Shown: positions 1 through 13,930, counted from the first letter of the whole stretch. The stretch: 61,202 nt of DNA, filler included, from Squatina squatina (GCA_031763465.1; 4 parts of 4 records of this genome joined end to end with filler, not necessarily neighbours in it), one strand, 5' to 3'. Notes: generated from the letters alone by a model not told the origin. Numbers and translations: made by a program.

Positions 1-741
1 AATATTTTCATAGTGGCAACTTTCAACACATCAAAATGTGTTTGCTCAGCAGAAAAATATTTGTGGCACCCGGCTTATTGATACAAGTGTTTGGTTCGGT
101 TTACTCCTGGATTTTTGACATGAAATAGCCATCTGTTAAGGCATTTCCACTCTTTAATAGTGTTCGTTTTTTTTCTTTTTGAGAAAATTTTTTTTTCGCT
201 TTTTTTCATTTGGGATAATTTTGAGCACATGAATGCAAGGGCTGTCTGTTGGGATCCAAACATTTTCCACCTTTTGCACAGTTCCAGTTTTACAGTATTC
301 ATAGCTCAGGTATAGTATGGATCAGACACAGATTACTATACTCTTAACCTCAGTATCGGAAGAGGGATACAACATTTCCACTTCCGATACTAGTCATTCA
401 AGTGGCTTTTCCTGCTGAGAGGGCAATTTACTGCCAAGTAGTACTGAACTAGAAGCAGTCTGTTGTGGACTTGTGTCCATTCACAGTTGTGTTAAGACCC
501 AGGTCCAGATTTTCTGATTCCGCAGGGTTCCCACTGAAAGTGGATCGGAGCAGGACTTCTACCTGCCAACATGACCCCACTGTGACCTTGCTGCATTTTT
601 CAACGTCAGCCTCATTTGTTTATTCTGGGCATGCTCCCAGTATTTCTGCATGCCAGTTGGAGCTCGCCACAGGAGGGCATAGAAAACCGGATGCTTCAGT
701 AGCTTTTAGGAGGTTGTGGCAACTTTAAAGGGACAGATCTT

Positions 742-838
742 TGGGGGTACGGTAGTATAATGGTTATGTTACTGGACTAGTAATCCAAAAGCCTGATCTA
801 ATGATCCAGGGACATGAGTTCAAATCCAGTTAATTAAA
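742..838 (+). mobile_element. tRNA-derived SINE head (truncated by gap)
   Basis: GGTAGTATAATGGTTATGTTACTGGACTAGTAATCC...GAGTTCAAATCC: Pol III A-box and B-box-like motifs; too degenerate to be a tRNA gene. Confidence 0.6.
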
Positions 839-1444
839 NNNNNNNNNNNNNNNNNNNNNNNNNNNNNNNNNNNNNNNNNNNNNNNNNNNNNNNNNNNNNN
901 NNNNNNNNNNNNNNNNNNNNNNNNNNNNNNNNNNNNNNCTGCTACGCAGCCTTCAGCATCGAATTCTCCTCAGGTGCCTGTAATTCTCAGTATACACCCT
1001 GATATCATTGAGACAAACCTCAGTAACCTCTACTAGTCATAACCCAGATAAAATTCATCATATACTTTTACAGTATATGATCTTATTGGGTCTTCATCCC
1101 CTGCTGGACTTGTACGGACTGGTTCTGCTAAAAGTCAGCAAGCAGCAGCTGGCACTAAAAATGATAGATTAGGGTTTATACTTAGAACACATCTGAAGTG
1201 CAGCTTTCCAGAGACAAAACCTTTTTTTAAAAAAAACACCTTTAATAGATGGCAAATCTAAAGAAAAACTTTGTAATAAATATAATTTGAAACTTAAGTT
1301 TAAGATCTTTGATGAAATGCTCAGATGTTTTTTGTTCTGTACAGATGCTGCAACGTGACCAATTTTAGGCAATTTGGAGTCATCCAGTTCTCACATTAGT
1401 GCTACTCAATCAGCTTGTAGTCTTCCTGACAGCACCTTAAATAT

Positions 1445-1550
1445 GTAAAAGACATACATTTATATAGCACATTTCACATACTCAGGATGTTCCAAAGTGC
1501 TTTACAGCCAATGAATTACTTTCTTGAAATGTTGCCACTCTTATGTATAG
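1445..1550 (-). mobile_element. DeuSINE/SacSINE1-like 3' tail fragment
   Basis: Reverse complement of the ...ATTGGCTGTAAAGCACTTTGGAACATCCTGAG...GCTATATAAATG tail also present in the copy at 8592-8990. Confidence 0.55.
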
Positions 1551-2053
1551 TCTCAATCCACTTTTTATAACTTACTAAGCATGGGTAAGTGAAAGAAGCC
1601 TCCTGCCCTTGGACGACTTAAACCAAGTGGGACTTTCCACTAACTGCTGGCAAAGAACTCTGGCAAATTCATCAAGCATATTGCAACATGTTGAAGCTAA
1701 ACTTTGTTGGAATTTGTAAATTATTATTGTATTGCCATCCTGTTAAATATATTTCTTCAATGCATTGCATCTATTAGAAAGAAATCATTAACATTTAAAG
1801 GGGTTAGCAGGAGTAACCACATTTAACATATGCTTACAATACTGAGAAGGTATGACTAAAACTATTAATATNNNNNNNNNNNNNNNNNNNNNNNNNNNNN
1901 NNNNNNNNNNNNNNNNNNNNNNNNNNNNNNNNNNNNNNNNNNNNNNNNNNNNNNNNNNNNNNNNNNNNNNNCTATTAATATTGCCAGAGTATAACCGGTA
2001 ATGGTCTTGCAGATTATTGGTTCCTTCCTGTACCATAATTATGATAATGTCAA

Positions 2054-2216
2054 CAGTTTCGCCTTCAGCAGGGGTGTAAATTGAGCGGTCGTGGATCAGC
2101 CGGCCATTACACATCCCGCCCGATTGAAGTCAATGGAAAGAAAAATCAGAGAGGGTGTAGAGTGGTGTCCGATCTAATCTCACCCGTTTTATGCCCTGCA
2201 AAAGTGAAAGTTCCAC
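2054..2216. mobile_element. Short palindromic MITE (foldback element)
   Basis: Left arm TTTCGCCTTCAGCAGGGGTGTAAA...CCCGCCCGATT and right arm AATCAGAGAGGGTGTA...TTTTATGCCCTGCAAAAGTGAAAG are imperfect reverse complements; a related left end occurs at 41414-41472. Confidence 0.6.
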
Positions 2217-5200
2217 GCGGTATGCTGGAGATTACTCCTAACTTTGTTTTTGACCCGGGCTAATCAGGGTTAATTAATGGCTTAGAACAGATACTGCACA
2301 CTCAGCAGTCTCTGGGTCTTTAGTTTTATTGGCTCCATGTCCTGTTGTTCTGTTTACTGGCAGAATTGATATGCTAATGATTTTACCCAGGCCAGAAAAA
2401 AACTAGAAGTTGATATGTATTCATTAAATGCTGAATTTATTGCTAATTATTGCTGGAAATATTTTGTTCACAGCCTGCTACAACTGGCCTTTGCTTGCTT
2501 CACTATTTTGTTATATTATTTTTGGTATTGATTATTGCCCTTGCCTTGCCAAAAACTATGAACGAACTTCATGTTTGGTTTTTATTTATTATTAATGCGA
2601 ATAATCATTACAGTCCCATTTCTCTCCCTAGTCATATGGCCCTCTAATCAATTCCTTAATCCCATAATGAAATACAAGCATATTGCTTGCATGTTTGGAG
2701 CTGATGTTTTTGGTGGTTACTTAACCTGACAAGAGAATTCAGTATATAGTCACGATTTGTTTATCAGGATTTTGTTAAATTTGCAACTGTGAATTTAACT
2801 GCAAATGAAAAATGAATTTGGACAACTACACACTAACACATCTCAATTCCTATTCTGACATTTACCAAAGAGATTGATCCCCAGTGTGACCTGTGGATTG
2901 ATAGTAATATATTCATAAAAATGCCAATAGAAATGGACTAGAAAAATGTATCTAATTCACACTATAATTATAGTTAATGTTTCCATGAATAGAATGTATC
3001 CTGTTGTCTATACATTATTTAGAAATTCAAAACAAAATCCATAAGCTAATTTATAAAGAAATTTGAAGCTGTGTTAATACTTGTGGCAGGCTCCATTTAA
3101 GTTATTATTTTACATATATTATATTCATAATCCTTGCCTCTCCCCCAGTTCTACAGCTTGCTGACATCTATCTTTTTAAACAGAGAAATGCAGGCGCTTT
3201 TTAGTCTGTGTCTATACAAGCCATACTTAGGCAAAAGTAAACAAGGCTTATATTACAGAGTCACATCTGCAAATGCAGACCATATTCCTGCCGTCTTGTT
3301 TATTCAACACAATTTACCTATGACAAATGTGGTNNNNNNNNNNNNNNNNNNNNNNNNNNNNNNNNNNNNNNNNNNNNNNNNNNNNNNNNNNNNNNNNNNN
3401 NNNNNNNNNNNNNNNNNNNNNNNNNNNNNNNNNTGGATTATGGAGTCGTGATTATAGTTTGGAGCGGTTCCTAGAACAACAGTACCTTCTGGTAAATTGA
3501 AAAAGAACAAAACCTAGTTAGAGGTTATTACCAGAAACTTTTCATGCTGCAGCTCCTTCAGGCTGTGTGATACTTATGTTCCTTGGAATAGTTATGAAGG
3601 CTATTTATACACCTGTTGTTTGTTTGCTACAGCAGTGGGCAAATCAGCTCCAGAGCATTTTGTTAGCTTATGGCAAAGCTCTGACATGGGAATGGTACCT
3701 CAAGTATTGCCCCAGGGTCAGGATAGTTGGTGTTTATTTCAACAGTGTTCAGCTCTGTAGCCTGTTTTGGGTGTAGTACAGATCTGAAGCAGAATGAACA
3801 ATTCCCACAGAATGAGTGATCATTTGGGAAATAACTCCATCAAACAGGGTATTTTTTTAATAAAAAAACAATAATCTGAAAGCATTGGAAGAAGAGTTGA
3901 CTTCAGTGGCTAGTCATGCCTTCTCAGCTTGAAGGCAGGCCGCGACAAAGACATTTGCTGGTGAATGAGGTGGAGCAGTATTGAAACGACAGCTTGTGTT
4001 CGAAGAGAAAATATTTCATTTTGTCTTATTTTTGCATGATTCAGGCAGGTTAAGCAACAAATCTGCAATTCTGGCTAAATATAACCCTTAAACAAATCCC
4101 ATANNNNNNNNNNNNNNNNNNNNNNNNNNNNNNNNNNNNNNNNNNNNNNNNNNNNNNNNNNNNNNNNNNNNNNNNNNNNNNNNNNNNNNNNNNNNNNNNN
4201 NNNNNNNNNNNNNNNNNNNNNNNNNNNNNNNNNNNNNNNNNNNNNNNNNNNNNNNNNNNNNNNNNNNNNNNNNNNNNNNNNNNNNNNNNNNNTTCCTAAG
4301 GTTCAAGAATACCGTTCTCTTTGTGTTTGTGTCCTCGTCTGCTAAGAATTTTTTTTTTAAATATTGGAATATTTAAGCTTAGGTGCTACAGTCTCTACAT
4401 TACTGCTTTGCACCTCTGAAGGTGGCCAGTCTAGGAATAACTGAAGAAAATCTGATCACGTTCAAATGCTTAAAATGTAATTTAACATAGATGGAATTGT
4501 TTCAAACAGTTATTTGAAGTAACTGAATTTGTTAAAAACAGGTTGAAATGAAGTGGCCTTGCAGGATCGCAATCAAGATATCAGCCTCTCCCCCATGTGG
4601 TTACGGGCTGGAGGCCCAGTGCTGGCTGACACCCAAATCTGCCAGCCACATGTGTGATCAGTTACATCAGCACTCAAGCATGTGAAAATGGGAACCTCAC
4701 AGCAAAGAACACAAAAGTAGATGATAAAGTAATTGTTAGCTGAAAAAAAATTAATTGCGAATTATACTTTTATGACTTTTTATATTGCCCGTTGGGCTTT
4801 TTAAATCAATTTGTGCCTTTTCATCACTACCTAGCAATGCTGGCTGTTCACTTTATAGGAACATGATTGACACGGAGTGTAGATGAGTCACTGATGGCTA
4901 AAAATAGGATGTATGATGTCACCATATCATTACCACATCATTTAAATATCTCCATCCATTTTAGAGTGGGCATTTCTGCTATCCTCTCGAAGAGGCAGCA
5001 GAAAATTGGGTGAGTGCATAACTGATCCCCGGCCACTGGATAATCACACGAAAACCAGCCTATTGAGTTCTCAGTATAAGTAGATTTTTTACCAAATTCT
5101 TAATTACGGTATCAAAATGTACATCTTGTTATAAGCAACTTTGCTTGTCTATCCCGATCTACGTGGAACAGGTTTTATCATAGTCGCATATGACTAATGC

Positions 5201-6419
5201 CAGCTATGTATTCTCAAATGGTCTTAATTGCTAGTTTATACATATTTTGAAAGTTCACTCGGTAGAGCTTGTAATATTCTATTTTTGAAATTCAGACTGG
5301 ATTTGGTGGAGGACATTGCTACATTCAATAGCATGTTTGGCAGACAGCTTGATGAGCAAATTAATATTCTGCAGTTACTTCAGAATCTCTCAAAACTTAC
5401 AACTGTAAATTAGCAGATTATACAAGATGGTATACACATTCGGAGAAACAAAAAACCAGAACTTTTAGTTTAGGAATAAGTACACAGCACATGGTTATCC
5501 TCAAGAAGCACCACCTTATAGCTCTTATTTCAATTTGTCTGACCCCCACATTCAAGCTCTCCTGGTTTGGATCTGAACAGACAGGAAGAAGAGTCAGTTA
5601 TTTAAAATTTCCTCTTTGCTAAATGAAAGGCAGAGGCAGTAGTAACAGCAAGTTCCGCCTGGATCAGTGTCAACTTGCAGCACAGAGTTAACAGCTGAAA
5701 CAAACATGTTCAGCAGGCTTAAATGTGTCCGTGGCACCTGTTGATCATTAATTTGGTGAAAATATCACATGTTGGAACTTAACCCATGAGGCTCAAAGCA
5801 ACCTAATAAATATTTTAATTTTTTTTTTACAGCAAAGTTGAATATAGAGAAGTTTAGAGTATAATCTGTTTATTAGATTAGGTATCAGAACTTGCCCACT
5901 TTAAATCAGAGAACAGAACCATATTTTGATTTAGGTTTTTCTGCTTTATATTCTGTTGTGATGCCACAGTTCCAATGAAAGAAATTAGATTACCAGTCAA
6001 GGCTTAGATAATTAGTCCAAAATTCCTCGGGATGCAATCCTTGACACTTATGCCCCATGTATTTGGAAGCACCGGTGCCTGTTCACCATTGGGGGGGGAT
6101 TAGGGGTGAGGAAAGAAGGTGGCCCCAGCCTACCACCAACTTTAGCCATGTCCCCTCTGTCCCACAGTTTAAAAGAACTGATGTAACAAAAAACACATTT
6201 TTTCTCCCCAGGCGACCAGGCTACTGCTCTGGCCTGGACCTCATCAGACGAGTCCACTTTCACCCATGTGCAGGCTGAAATGCTTCAATTTATTCTGTGT
6301 ACCAACCTCCAGAGATTTGGCAACTCCCAACTGAACTAGGCTAGCGAGAGACACGGTGTAGGGAGACCCTCCATCCCTGGCATTTGCTTTGGTGAAGGTG
6401 GGTAGAGGTTCTGCCCCTT

Positions 6420-6642
6420 TGTAAGAATCAGGCCAAAATCCATACTTTAAAACCATAAAACCAGAAACCAGCACAGCAAGAGCCAAATCAGTGGTTCAGG
6501 GACAGAATTAAAAACACAGAAGCAAGGCTGACAGGCTGGGGGTTTCTGTAGAGGCAACCTGAGCTAATACCTAGCTGGATAAAATCAAAAGGTCACTTGT
6601 TATGGTAATTGGTCCTCCCCCAGCCAAACGGGGCTGGGAGCA
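6420..6642 (+). mobile_element. LTR 5' (U3) end of the same ERV family as 44284-52575, cut by an assembly gap
   Basis: Starts TGTAAGAATCAGGCCAAAATC and follows the minus-strand LTR start TGTAAGAATCAGGCGAAAATC (52575 downward) for ~200 nt, e.g. AAAACACAGAA and AAAATCAAA..CACTTGT.ATGGTAATT. Confidence 0.8.
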
Positions 6643-7569
6643 NNNNNNNNNNNNNNNNNNNNNNNNNNNNNNNNNNNNNNNNNNNNNNNNNNNNNNNNNN
6701 NNNNNNNNNNNNNNNNNNNNNNNNNNNNNNNNNNNNNNNNNNCCGTGAGGAAAAACAAACATTTGAGATGCACTCCCACTGTAATACAAGAAAGGGGGCA
6801 ACATTCATTAAAAGAAAAACTTCATAGTTTCCATTGCTAGTGCAATATTCATACTGATTCAGCCAGGGAAATGTTAAAGAGACTTTTTCAAATACAAATT
6901 TATACAAACCATTCCCATGGTGTTGGGTGGGTTAGCATTAATAGAGCAGATGGTTACATATTTTTGTTTTGTTTCTGGAACTTTCCCATTTCTATTCACA
7001 TCACATTTTACCTTGACATTTTAAGTAGGTCCAGACTTAAACAAACCACCATTTTCTGCATGCCCACTGTAATCATTTTGTCACACAAGAAAATGCTTCT
7101 CTATTTGTAAATCATGATGTTACAATGCAACAACATCTCAATGCCTAGAATGAGGAATGGTCTTGCAAGTTTATCAAGCCCACTATCTAATGGACCACTC
7201 TTGCACATTAGCCTTTTCAAATCTAATGGTGCGATTCCTTTGTGCATTAAAAATCACAACCCTGATTGATCATCACTTTCCCCTAGATTGACATATATTC
7301 TTTGCATGAATTTGAGCAAGAAAATCTGTCGAGTTCCCTTTTGAAACAATCAACAGACTTCACATTCACTGAACTAAGTGACAACTTTTGTTCCACAGGT
7401 TAATAATAAGTTTTGAAGTGATTTTTTTTTTTTAACAAATAGGTCCTTAATTCTTAAAGCTAATCCTCTTGTCTTACATTCCTGGTTCCATTAAACAGCA
7501 CTTCTCAATGTTTTAAAATACTTCACTCACAAATCCTCTCACTTCATTTTCTTCAAAGGAATTATTTTC

Positions 7570-7812
7570 ATTTCCTCAGTGAGTTGTTCAAACATGCACC
7601 CTTCTAGCAGTGTCATTGGATGGCAACCAGGAGTGTAATCCTGTTTGGTTTGTCACTCGTTAATCTAGAGGCACTGAGACAAATGGTAGCATCCCAACTA
7701 TCACCCTGGCTGTCTGGCTGAGATCAGCCAACTCGGAATAGACCGGGGATCAAACCTGGGACCTTTGTGGCTCAACTGCTCACTGATTTAACCAGCCGAG
7801 GCACCGGGGAGT
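7570..7812 (-). mobile_element. tRNA-derived SINE (second family)
   Basis: Minus strand CCCAGGTTTGATCCCCGGTCTATTCCGAGTTGGCTGATCTCAGCC (B-box plus shared body); related copies at 8060-8422, 10400-10740, 35395-35550, 40720-41060, 42640-42910. Confidence 0.55.
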
Positions 7813-8059
7813 CTGTAAGCTTTTCAGTACAATACTTCCTTTGCAGAATTTCTCATGAATATTCTGTAAACATCTATTTCTGACAGTTGACTTGGAACTG
7901 CTGCACTGTGGTGTCTTAAAGCAGAGTTCCCTTTACCAAGCTGATTCTACAGAATGAGATGCCCCTTTTGCTCATCTTATTGAGCCTGAGCCTTCGTACA
8001 GCATTGACTTTTAGCTCAATGGGCCTGAAAATAATTAGAAAATTTCAGTCATTAGAAGG

Positions 8060-8422
8060 AATGTTCCCTCTAGTACCACACCCCGAAATTTGACCATTCT
8101 TCACGCTTCAGCCTAAACAATGTGTGTTGGCATTCAGGACATGACAACCAAGCACGGCCCTGCCCATACCCAGGATCATCAAGTGACCATCCTTCATGCA
8201 TCAGCCTAGACAGTGAGTGTCAACAGACTGCTGAACAATGGGCCTCATCTGAGGTTCACCTTACAACACAGAGAACTGAGCAGGAAAGACCAATTGTGGT
8301 GCTCCAGCTGCCCCCTGGTTTTGATCAGTTAACTAAGCACAGACCAGGGGTTGAACCCAGGACCTCCTGCTGTGAACAGCTTCGTGCAGTATGAAATAAC
8401 ACTATTATCCACAAGGGAGCTG
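8060..8422 (-). mobile_element. tRNA-derived SINE (second family)
   Basis: Minus strand GGTCCTGGGTTCAACCCCTGGTCTGTGCTTAGTTAACTGATC...CACTCACTGTCTAGGCT, shared with 7570-7812 and 10400-10740. Confidence 0.55.
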
Positions 8423-8591
8423 AGTAATCTCTTTAGTCTGTTGGTTATTGGTTGAGTCACATTACAGGGATGTCAACATCAATTGCCCCTGTGCACAGTT
8501 GCACTCCTGAATGTTTATTCCTACTCGCTGCAGAGAAGCACAGCAGGATGGTTCCAATAGCTGGTCAACCCTCGCCCTCTCTTCCTCCTAA

Positions 8592-8990
8592 GTGTCAGCC
8601 ATGATTCAATGGGTAAGCATTCTTGCCTCTGAGTTAGAAGGCTGTGGCTCCAGAGACTTGAGCATAAAAACCTCGACTGTTGCTCCAGTGCAGTGCTGCA
8701 CTGTCGGAGGTGCCGTCTTTCGGATGAGACGTTAAAAATGAGGCCCCGTCTGCACTCTCATAAAAGATCCCATGGCCACTATTTCGAAGAAGAGCAGGGG
8801 AGTTATCCCCAGTGTCCTAGTCAATACTTATCCCTTAACCAACATTACTAAAAACAGATTATCTGATCATTATCGCATCGCTCTTTGTGGGAGCTTGCTG
8901 TGCCTGTGGGACCAATTGGCTGCCACGTTTCCTACATAACACTTCAAAAGTAAAGTGCTTTGGGACATCCTGAGGTCGTGAAAGACACTA
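8592..8990 (+). mobile_element. SacSINE1/DeuSINE-type SINE, near full length
   Basis: tRNA-like head, body GTGCTGCACTGTCGGAGGTGCCGTCTTTCGGATGAGACGTTAAA...GAAGAAGAGCAGGGGAG...GTGGGAGCTTGCTGTG...TTGGCTGCC, and tail CTTTGGGACATCCTGAGGTCGTGAAAG. Confidence 0.75.
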
Positions 8991-9548
8991 TAGAAACATA
9001 GAAAATGGGAGCAGGAGTAGGCTATTCGGCCCTTCGAGCCTGCTCCGCCATTTGATCATGGTTGATCCTCTAACTCAACTCCATGTTCCCGCTTTCTCCC
9101 CATACCCCTTGATGTCTTAAGTATCCAGAAATCTATCTATCTCCTTCTTGAATATATTCAGTGACTTGGCCTCCACAGCCTTCTGTAGTAGAGAATTCCA
9201 CAGGTTCACTACCCCTCTGTGTGAAGAAATGTTTCCTCATCTCAGTCCTAAATGGCCGAGCCCCGTATTCTGAGACTGTGACCCCTGGTTCTAGACTCCC
9301 CAGCCAGGGGAAACATCCCCCCTGCATCTAGTCTGTCGAGCCCTGTCAGAATTTTATACGTTTCAATCAGATTCCCTCTCATTCTTCTAAACTCTACTGA
9401 ATACAGGCCTAGTCAACCCAATCTCTCCTCATACCACAATCCTGCCATCCCAGGAATCAGTCTGGTGAACCTTTGCTGCACTTCCTCTATGGCAAATATA
9501 TCCTTTCTTAGGTAAGGAGACCAAAACTGTGCACAATATTCCAGATGT
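8991..9548 (-). mobile_element. CR1 LINE 3' fragment
   Basis: Minus translation HLEYCAQFWSPYLRKDIFAIEEVQQRFTRLIPGM (CR1 ORF2 C-terminus), 3' UTR and TTTCTATG-type tail. Confidence 0.9.
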
Positions 9549-9865
9549 ATATAATGCAAGTCTTTCTTTTTTCCCCATATTAAAATTCTTGACCTTGGAA
9601 GTAAAGGGGGAACTCCAGGCTGACACCCATCCAGCATAAAACTGTGGGTGGCTCTGTCCAGTGCTCTGACACATGGGTCAGACAATGTGAGAATCAGAAA
9701 TGGCCACTCCTAGGAACATAGGTACTGCGAGATGAGAAAAGACCAAGATCCATCTGGTTCGCCTTCTACCATCCTGGTAGTAGAATGATACAATGACAAT
9801 GGAGTTGTTGACTAATCATGGCAATCAATCTCTATCCTTTAGTCTAAACAGACCCGGATATGAGA

Positions 9866-9941
9866 TAGAAACATAGAAAATAGGAGCAGGAGTAGGCCAT
9901 TCGGCCCTTCGAGCCTGCTCCGCCATTCAATGAGATCATGG
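9866..9941 (-). mobile_element. CR1 LINE extreme 3' end
   Basis: TAGAAACATAGAAAATAGGAGCAGGAGTAGGCCATTCGGCCCTTCGAGCC tail, cut by gap. Confidence 0.8.
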
Positions 9942-10399
9942 NNNNNNNNNNNNNNNNNNNNNNNNNNNNNNNNNNNNNNNNNNNNNNNNNNNNNNNNNNN
10001 NNNNNNNNNNNNNNNNNNNNNNNNNNNNNNNNNNNNNNNNNNNNNNNNNNNNNNNNNNNNNNNNNNNNNNNNNNNNNNNNNNNNNNNNNNNNNNNNNNNN
10101 NNNNNNNNNNTGCAATATTGAGGTTAGAAATCGGCTGCTTTTGCCAGGCAAAGATCCCTCTCCGTTGCCCACAGAGTAAATCCCAAATAACTAGCTTGCC
10201 AAAAGAAAAGGATTGCTTCTCTTATTTTTTGATTGAATTTTTGAAAAAAATCATTTTGTGTTCAATCATTATTTTTGGTTCTCTGTTGAATCTATGACTT
10301 TTCCTGTCAACTACTTGAGAAGCAAACGTCATAGCTGCTATTTTCTTAAGTTGCCAAATGTGGTGTTAGTGATTACATTGCCCAATGTAGAATTGAGTC

Positions 10400-10740
10400 A
10401 TACTGATTAGGAGGGGCCAGATCGTTGGTCTGTGCTGAATTAGCTCATTTCACCCAGTGCAACAGTCGGGGAATTACAATAGGCCTCAGCACTCTTGGCC
10501 TTAGAAGCAAAAAAACATCAGCACACATTACCATTCTAATTGTTATCCTTTGGTTCCTGCTGGAATGTATATATGTATGAAAGGCAAGGGAGGGCTGGAA
10601 CAGACATGGTTGCAAAGTGTCCCCCACCTCCCCATCTTGAATGATTTGCTGACACTTGCTGTCTAGGCCCCACACACGTGTGAGGTACCAAAGGCCAGCA
10701 CAAACCAGCACCTGCAGGAGAAAGGCGAGAAGACTGAGGA
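10400..10740 (+). mobile_element. tRNA-derived SINE (second family)
   Basis: GGTCTGTGCTGAATTAGCT...TACAATAGGCCTCAGCAC...GACACTTGCTGTCTAGGC body shared with the other copies. Confidence 0.55.
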
Positions 10741-13689
10741 AGAAATAGTTTTACAGTTTATGCTGCAAAATCTTTACCTTTGTGATTATCAATTCAGAAC
10801 AGTTGTTGTAGGGGTGAAGAGGGAGGGAGAACATTGGATTATTTAGAGTGGGGTTGGATATATATAAAAAATACTTAAAATTCAGAGAGTAAAGCACAAG
10901 AAAACAGGGCAATGGAAAAAAAATAACCAACTATTTTCCGTTTGTAAGTGAATAGTTTCCACCTTGGAGGAATTTAAAAACCTCATAATTCAAAACCAGT
11001 GAGGCGTTTACTGTTTTGTGTTCAAGTCCACTGCATTGTAGTCTCTTTAATGAAATACACACACACACACAAATATGAATTCTCTGTACCCTGTTCCAGC
11101 GGAAGCTGTCAAAAAGCACCTGGTAAAATTGCCTGCAGATTTTTTTTATAATGAGTCTTATGAATCAGCTTAACAAGGGTGATATTGTTTTCTGTTGCCG
11201 ATGTGGGCTCACACACTTTAATGAAGTCAAGACTCAATAAACAAATGACAATGTTTAGAAAAGAGAGAAACTCATTTCCTTTGATACAGTGCAGAGAAGC
11301 CAGGCAATGTGTGTTTATAATTACTGTCTCGTCGAGTTAATGCAAAAGAATCTACTTGTTANNNNNNNNNNNNNNNNNNNNNNNNNNNNNNNNNNNNNNN
11401 NNNNNNNNNNNNNNNNNNNNNNNNNNNNNNNNNNNNNNNNNNNNNNNNNNNNNNNNNNNNNTGTTACCCATTTATAAATAAACAGGATAACAAATTCTGC
11501 CTTCCAATTCAGGGCTACTGCTGTTGAATTTATTTTTGTTCAATTATTTGATACAGGGCAGTAAACAAATGGTAGAATTTGTGCCCGTTTCAATCAGTTG
11601 CACCTTAGATACTCTTATTTTCAAGAACCGAAACTTAAAGCCGTTTTACCAGTTTTTAACAAAATAAAAAGGACATTTTAAAATGTAGGTATGCTTGAGA
11701 AGTTATTGTTCAAGGTCAACCTTGCTTTAAAATCTAAAGCTACATATGAGACATTAGAAATCAGTTGGTCAAACTTAAGAAGACTTGGTGAAATCCCAAA
11801 AAAAATCATTTTACTTGGCAGTGTATCCATGGGACAAGTTGCTACTGGCTCTAAAGTGGTAAGCCAAAAGCAAATTCACACTCCTGAGGACCAGCTGATC
11901 AGAAATAATATAATTTGGAATGAAATCCACCCCTTCCATTCTGCGGGTTAGAAAGAAATATGCCAGTGTTGTCTGGACCAAAAGGTCTCATGGGACATCC
12001 TCGTGTCTTGTGGTTCCTTCGTGTGCCACTAGCTAATCTCTTTATATTTTTATGGATTCCTTGGTGTTCAGTGCTATTTTACAAGCAGACAGTTTTTATT
12101 GGACTGTGAATATAGCTTTTATTCAGATTCCTTTTCAAAGTGCATAAAACTATCAGGAAATTTTTAATATCTATAAATCATTTTACTACTGGACATTTGT
12201 GAAAGAGCGAGTACTTTCCAGATGTGCTCGCAGCTATCTATTATTAAAAAGAGAATGCTGCTTTATTTCAAAAGTTGGAGAATAGTGGTTGACATTATTT
12301 TTGAAGTTAAAAGTGTTGTTGATTCAAGTAACATCCAATTATTTCCCTTATACTCGTTTTAACTGATGCTACGTACACAGTTGGCNNNNNNNNNNNNNNN
12401 NNNNNNNNNNNNNNNNNNNNNNNNNNNNNNNNNNNNNNNNNNNNNNNNNNNNNNNNNNNNNNNNNNNNNNNNNNNNNNNNNNNNNTACAACATTCCTGTA
12501 TGCATCATTTTTATGCAGACGTTTACCTGTTAAATGGATTATCCTATCAACTTTCGTGATTTGAAATGAGACTGATCTCTAATCTGTCACATCCTGATTA
12601 TAATGATACTGTTTTCCTCATTTTTAGATTCTCTTATTCCCTTTCTTAGTCTGCTGTGACAGAATGAGCCCACAAAACTTCAGCGCGTTAGCTTCCGAGA
12701 GGTTGGTAAGAGATTCTACTCTCAAGATTGAAAGGGGCTGGGGGTATAAAGGTAGTGGCTTACAAAATACCTCTTTTCCTTTTCTCCCTTACTCTTGTTC
12801 TTTGCTGCAGTGGGAGAAGTAACTGTAAACCTGAGTAACAGGTTGAGCCCAGGAAAGGTAAAACAATCCACACAGGATGAAAGAGGACCCTTCAGCTGAA
12901 AAGCCATGTTTGACTGCATTCTTTACAGGTTACCTGCTCATTGTTACTCATCTGGTTAGCCTTTAGTCTGAGTACAGCTGTGTTGGGTTATCATGAAGTT
13001 AGACAACACTTGCATTCCTGTATTCAGAGAGGACTCTTTGTATCAATATTTGTTTCTCTGTCTACAATCTCACCAAACCCTCTTCATGGTTATGCTTCCT
13101 GGAAATTCACGACGTTACATTTATGTACTTACATGGAATTTTATTAATCAAATTGGAAATAAAGCCCCCACTTCCGGTAGTGGCTTGGGTGGTATTGGTT
13201 GGAAGGGTAATGCCAGCTGGTTTTACAGTAGTGGTATCATTTGTTGTACTCATTTTGCTTTTGTTCTCAGATAAGATCTAATTCAATGACCTATAAAAAA
13301 AGAAAAGGCATTCAGTATATGCAAATAATGCAAACCCAAGTTATGGTCACATCACAACATGGATCTGGGGAAATCATTCTATTTCCTACCATAGTTACTC
13401 CTTAGCACAAAAACACATAATGTAGAAGAAAGACATTCTGAAAAGCAGACAATATTTTCAAAGGGTGAAATCTATCACATCCTACATTCAAGCCAACCTG
13501 CTTTATGAGAACGATGAGGTTCTTGTCTTCCACTGCTCTTCCAATGGCCCATGCTGACCTAATCAAGGTGCTACCTTTCCCCAATGTCTACACATTTCAG
13601 CCATTTCTGTTCTGTTTGTTTTCTGTTATGGTTCTTTTTGGTTTGGAGACCAATACTGAAGCTTTTTCTAGTGGATGTTAATACAATAT

Positions 13690-13930
13690 AATGCATAATG
13701 CTATTGGAAGTGCTGAGGTTTCCCCAGGTGTACTGGCCAACATTTCCCCCTCAATTGATCCCATCAAAAGAATAGATTAACTGTCAACAGTCATTCATCT
13801 CCCTGCTGGTTGTGGGACACTGCTGGCACAGAATGACTGCTATGTATGGTACAGTTACTGCACTTCAAAGTAATTCCTGGTGTGAAGCACTTTGAAATGT
13901 TTGAGCAGAAGGCACTAGAGAGATGCAAAT
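13690..13930 (+). mobile_element. DeuSINE/SacSINE1-like body and tail, diverged
   Basis: CCCCAGGTGTACTGGCCAACATTT...TGTGGGACACTGCTG...CACTTCAAAGTAATTC...GAAGCACTTTG resembles the 8592-8990 copy. Confidence 0.55.

Noticed and set aside
742-830. tRNA gene
   Set aside because: A/B boxes present but no intact cloverleaf; matches a SINE head
5296-5413. Possible plus-strand terminal exon (LDLVEDIATFNSMFGRQLDEQINILQLL...)
   Set aside because: Mediocre acceptor and no recognisable protein
12650-13560. Possible small plus-strand exons (GTAAGA donor at ~12706; open frames at 12929-13147 and 13426-13557)
   Set aside because: No recognisable product and no consistent exon chain
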